From: the human T2T-CHM13v2.0 reference genome, Homo sapiens
Direction of reading: 5' to 3'
DNA length: 64,000 bases
Assembly (NCBI GenBank): GCA_009914755.4
Contig: CP068257.2
Span: 42,944,001 to 43,008,000, forward strand
Position 1 is the stretch's first letter. Each line of letters begins with the position of its first letter. This document shows, in pieces, positions 62,915 to 64,000 of this stretch. The position numbers and the translations under genes are program-made. The notes below the pieces were generated by a model. That model saw only the letters and a program-made list of their open reading frames with translations, searched no databases and was not told where the DNA came from.

Positions 62915-63811
62915 ATGGCCGCGTCCACCATGTCTGTCTGCTCCAGCGCTTACTCCGACTCCTGGCAGGTGGACGACTGCCCAGAGAGCTGCTGTGAGCC
63001 CCCCTGCAGCGCCCCCAGCTGCTGCGCCCCGGCCCCCTCCCTGAGCCTGGTCTGCACCCCAGTGAGCTGTGTGTCCAGCCCCTGCTGCCAGGCGGCCTGT
63101 GAGCCCAGCGCCTGCCAATCAGGCTGCACCAGCTCCTGCACGCCGTCATGCTGCCAGCAGTCTAGCTGCCAGCCGGCTTGCTGCACCTCCTCCCCCTGCC
63201 AGCAGGCCTGCTGTGTGCCTGTCTGCTGCAAGACTGTCTGCTGCAAGCCTGTGTGCTGTGTGCCTGTCTGCTGTGGGGCTGCTTCTTCGTGCTGCCGGCA
63301 GTTTAGCTGCCAGCCAGCTTGCTGTGCCTCTTCCTCCTGCCAGCCGGCCTGCTGTGTGCCCGTCTGCTGCAAGCCTGTGTGCTGTGTGTCCACCTGCTCT
63401 GAGGATTCCTCTTCATGCTGCCAGCAGTCTAGCTGCCAGCCAGCTTGCTGCACCTCCTCCTCCTACCAGCAGGCCTGCTGCGTGCCTGTCTGCTGCAAGA
63501 CTGTCTACTGCAAGCCCATCTGCTGTGTGCCTGTCTGCTCTAGGGCTTCCTCTTCACGCTGCCAGCAGCCTAGCTGCCAGCCAGCTTGCTGCACCACCTC
63601 CTGCTGCAGACCCTCCTCCTCTGTGTCCCTCCTCTGCCACCCCGTGTGCAGGTCCACCTGCTGTGTGCCCGTCTCCTCCTGCTGTGCCCCCACCTCCTCC
63701 TGCCAGTCCAGCTGCTGCTGCCCGGCCTCCTGCGTGTCCCTCCTCTGCCGCCCCGCAAGCTCCCGCCTGGCCTGCTACAGCCTCTGCTCAGGCAAGAAGT
63801 CCAGCTGCTGA
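62915..63811 (+). CDS. KRTAP10-11: Single-exon KAP10-family keratin-associated protein, 298 aa
   Basis: ORF begins [71 protein letters not shown]. Its 298-aa length matches my recollection of KRTAP10-11. Confidence 0.85.
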   Translation: MAASTMSVCSSAYSDSWQVDDCPESCCEPPCSAPSCCAPAPSLSLVCTPVSCVSSPCCQAACEPSACQSGCTSSCTPSCCQQSSCQPACCTSSPCQQACCVPVCCKTVCCKPVCCVPVCCGAASSCCRQFSCQPACCASSSCQPACCVPVCCKPVCCVSTCSEDSSSCCQQSSCQPACCTSSSYQQACCVPVCCKTVYCKPICCVPVCSRASSSRCQQPSCQPACCTTSCCRPSSSVSLLCHPVCRSTCCVPVSSCCAPTSSCQSSCCCPASCVSLLCRPASSRLACYSLCSGKKSSC

Positions 63812-64000
63812 GTGCTCAATCCTTGTCTCCTGCTGACTGTGTCTTTGCTGCCAAGCAGGATTCTCCAGTCTCAGGAGCCCCTGGAGTCCTCAGAATCCAC
63901 CAGCTCCATCAGTAGCCACAGAGCTGCTGCCTGAAGGGGATTTTGAGCGCGTCACACTTTCCTCCCCACTGTCTGGGAAGAGACAACCCACAAATCCCTC

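Overview
This is human (primate) nuclear DNA, not a prokaryotic accessory region. It carries many Alu SINEs, L1 LINE fragments and THE1/MaLR LTRs, and a tandem array of single-exon, ultra-high-sulfur keratin-associated protein genes. The N-terminal sequences and protein lengths match what I remember of the KRTAP10 (KAP10) cluster on chr21q22.3. From memory, that cluster lies inside an intron of TSPEAR; I did not identify any TSPEAR exon here. I call six intact genes, in order KRTAP10-6 (- strand), KRTAP10-7, -8, -9, -10 and -11 (+ strand), plus one 5'-remnant deletion pseudogene between -8 and -9. Each intact gene has a TATA box about 95-110 bp upstream of the ATG, a conserved upstream CAACA(A/C)GGAAGGGG motif, a CACTCA-rich 5'UTR and an AATAAA signal 200-420 bp past the stop codon. 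There is no novel defence or biosynthetic system in this window. What is interesting is its architecture. A roughly 6-8 kb inverted segmental duplication has arms at the two ends of the window, and identity rises from about 91% at the arm tips to about 99% next to the genes, consistent with gene conversion. KRTAP10-6 is a chimera, KRTAP10-7-like at its 5' end and KRTAP10-10-like at its 3' end. The ~3 kb downstream of the -8/-9 pseudogene and the ~7 kb downstream of KRTAP10-9 share the same order of 3'-flank homolog, L1 5'UTR/ORF1 with minisatellite, and inverted ORF2 piece. The proximal promoter module is strongly conserved across all copies. Insertions dated after the duplication (an L1PA and an AluY, both with target-site duplications) are also visible. 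The long antisense ORFs across the KRTAP genes are frame artefacts of the repetitive TGC/CAG-rich coding sequence.
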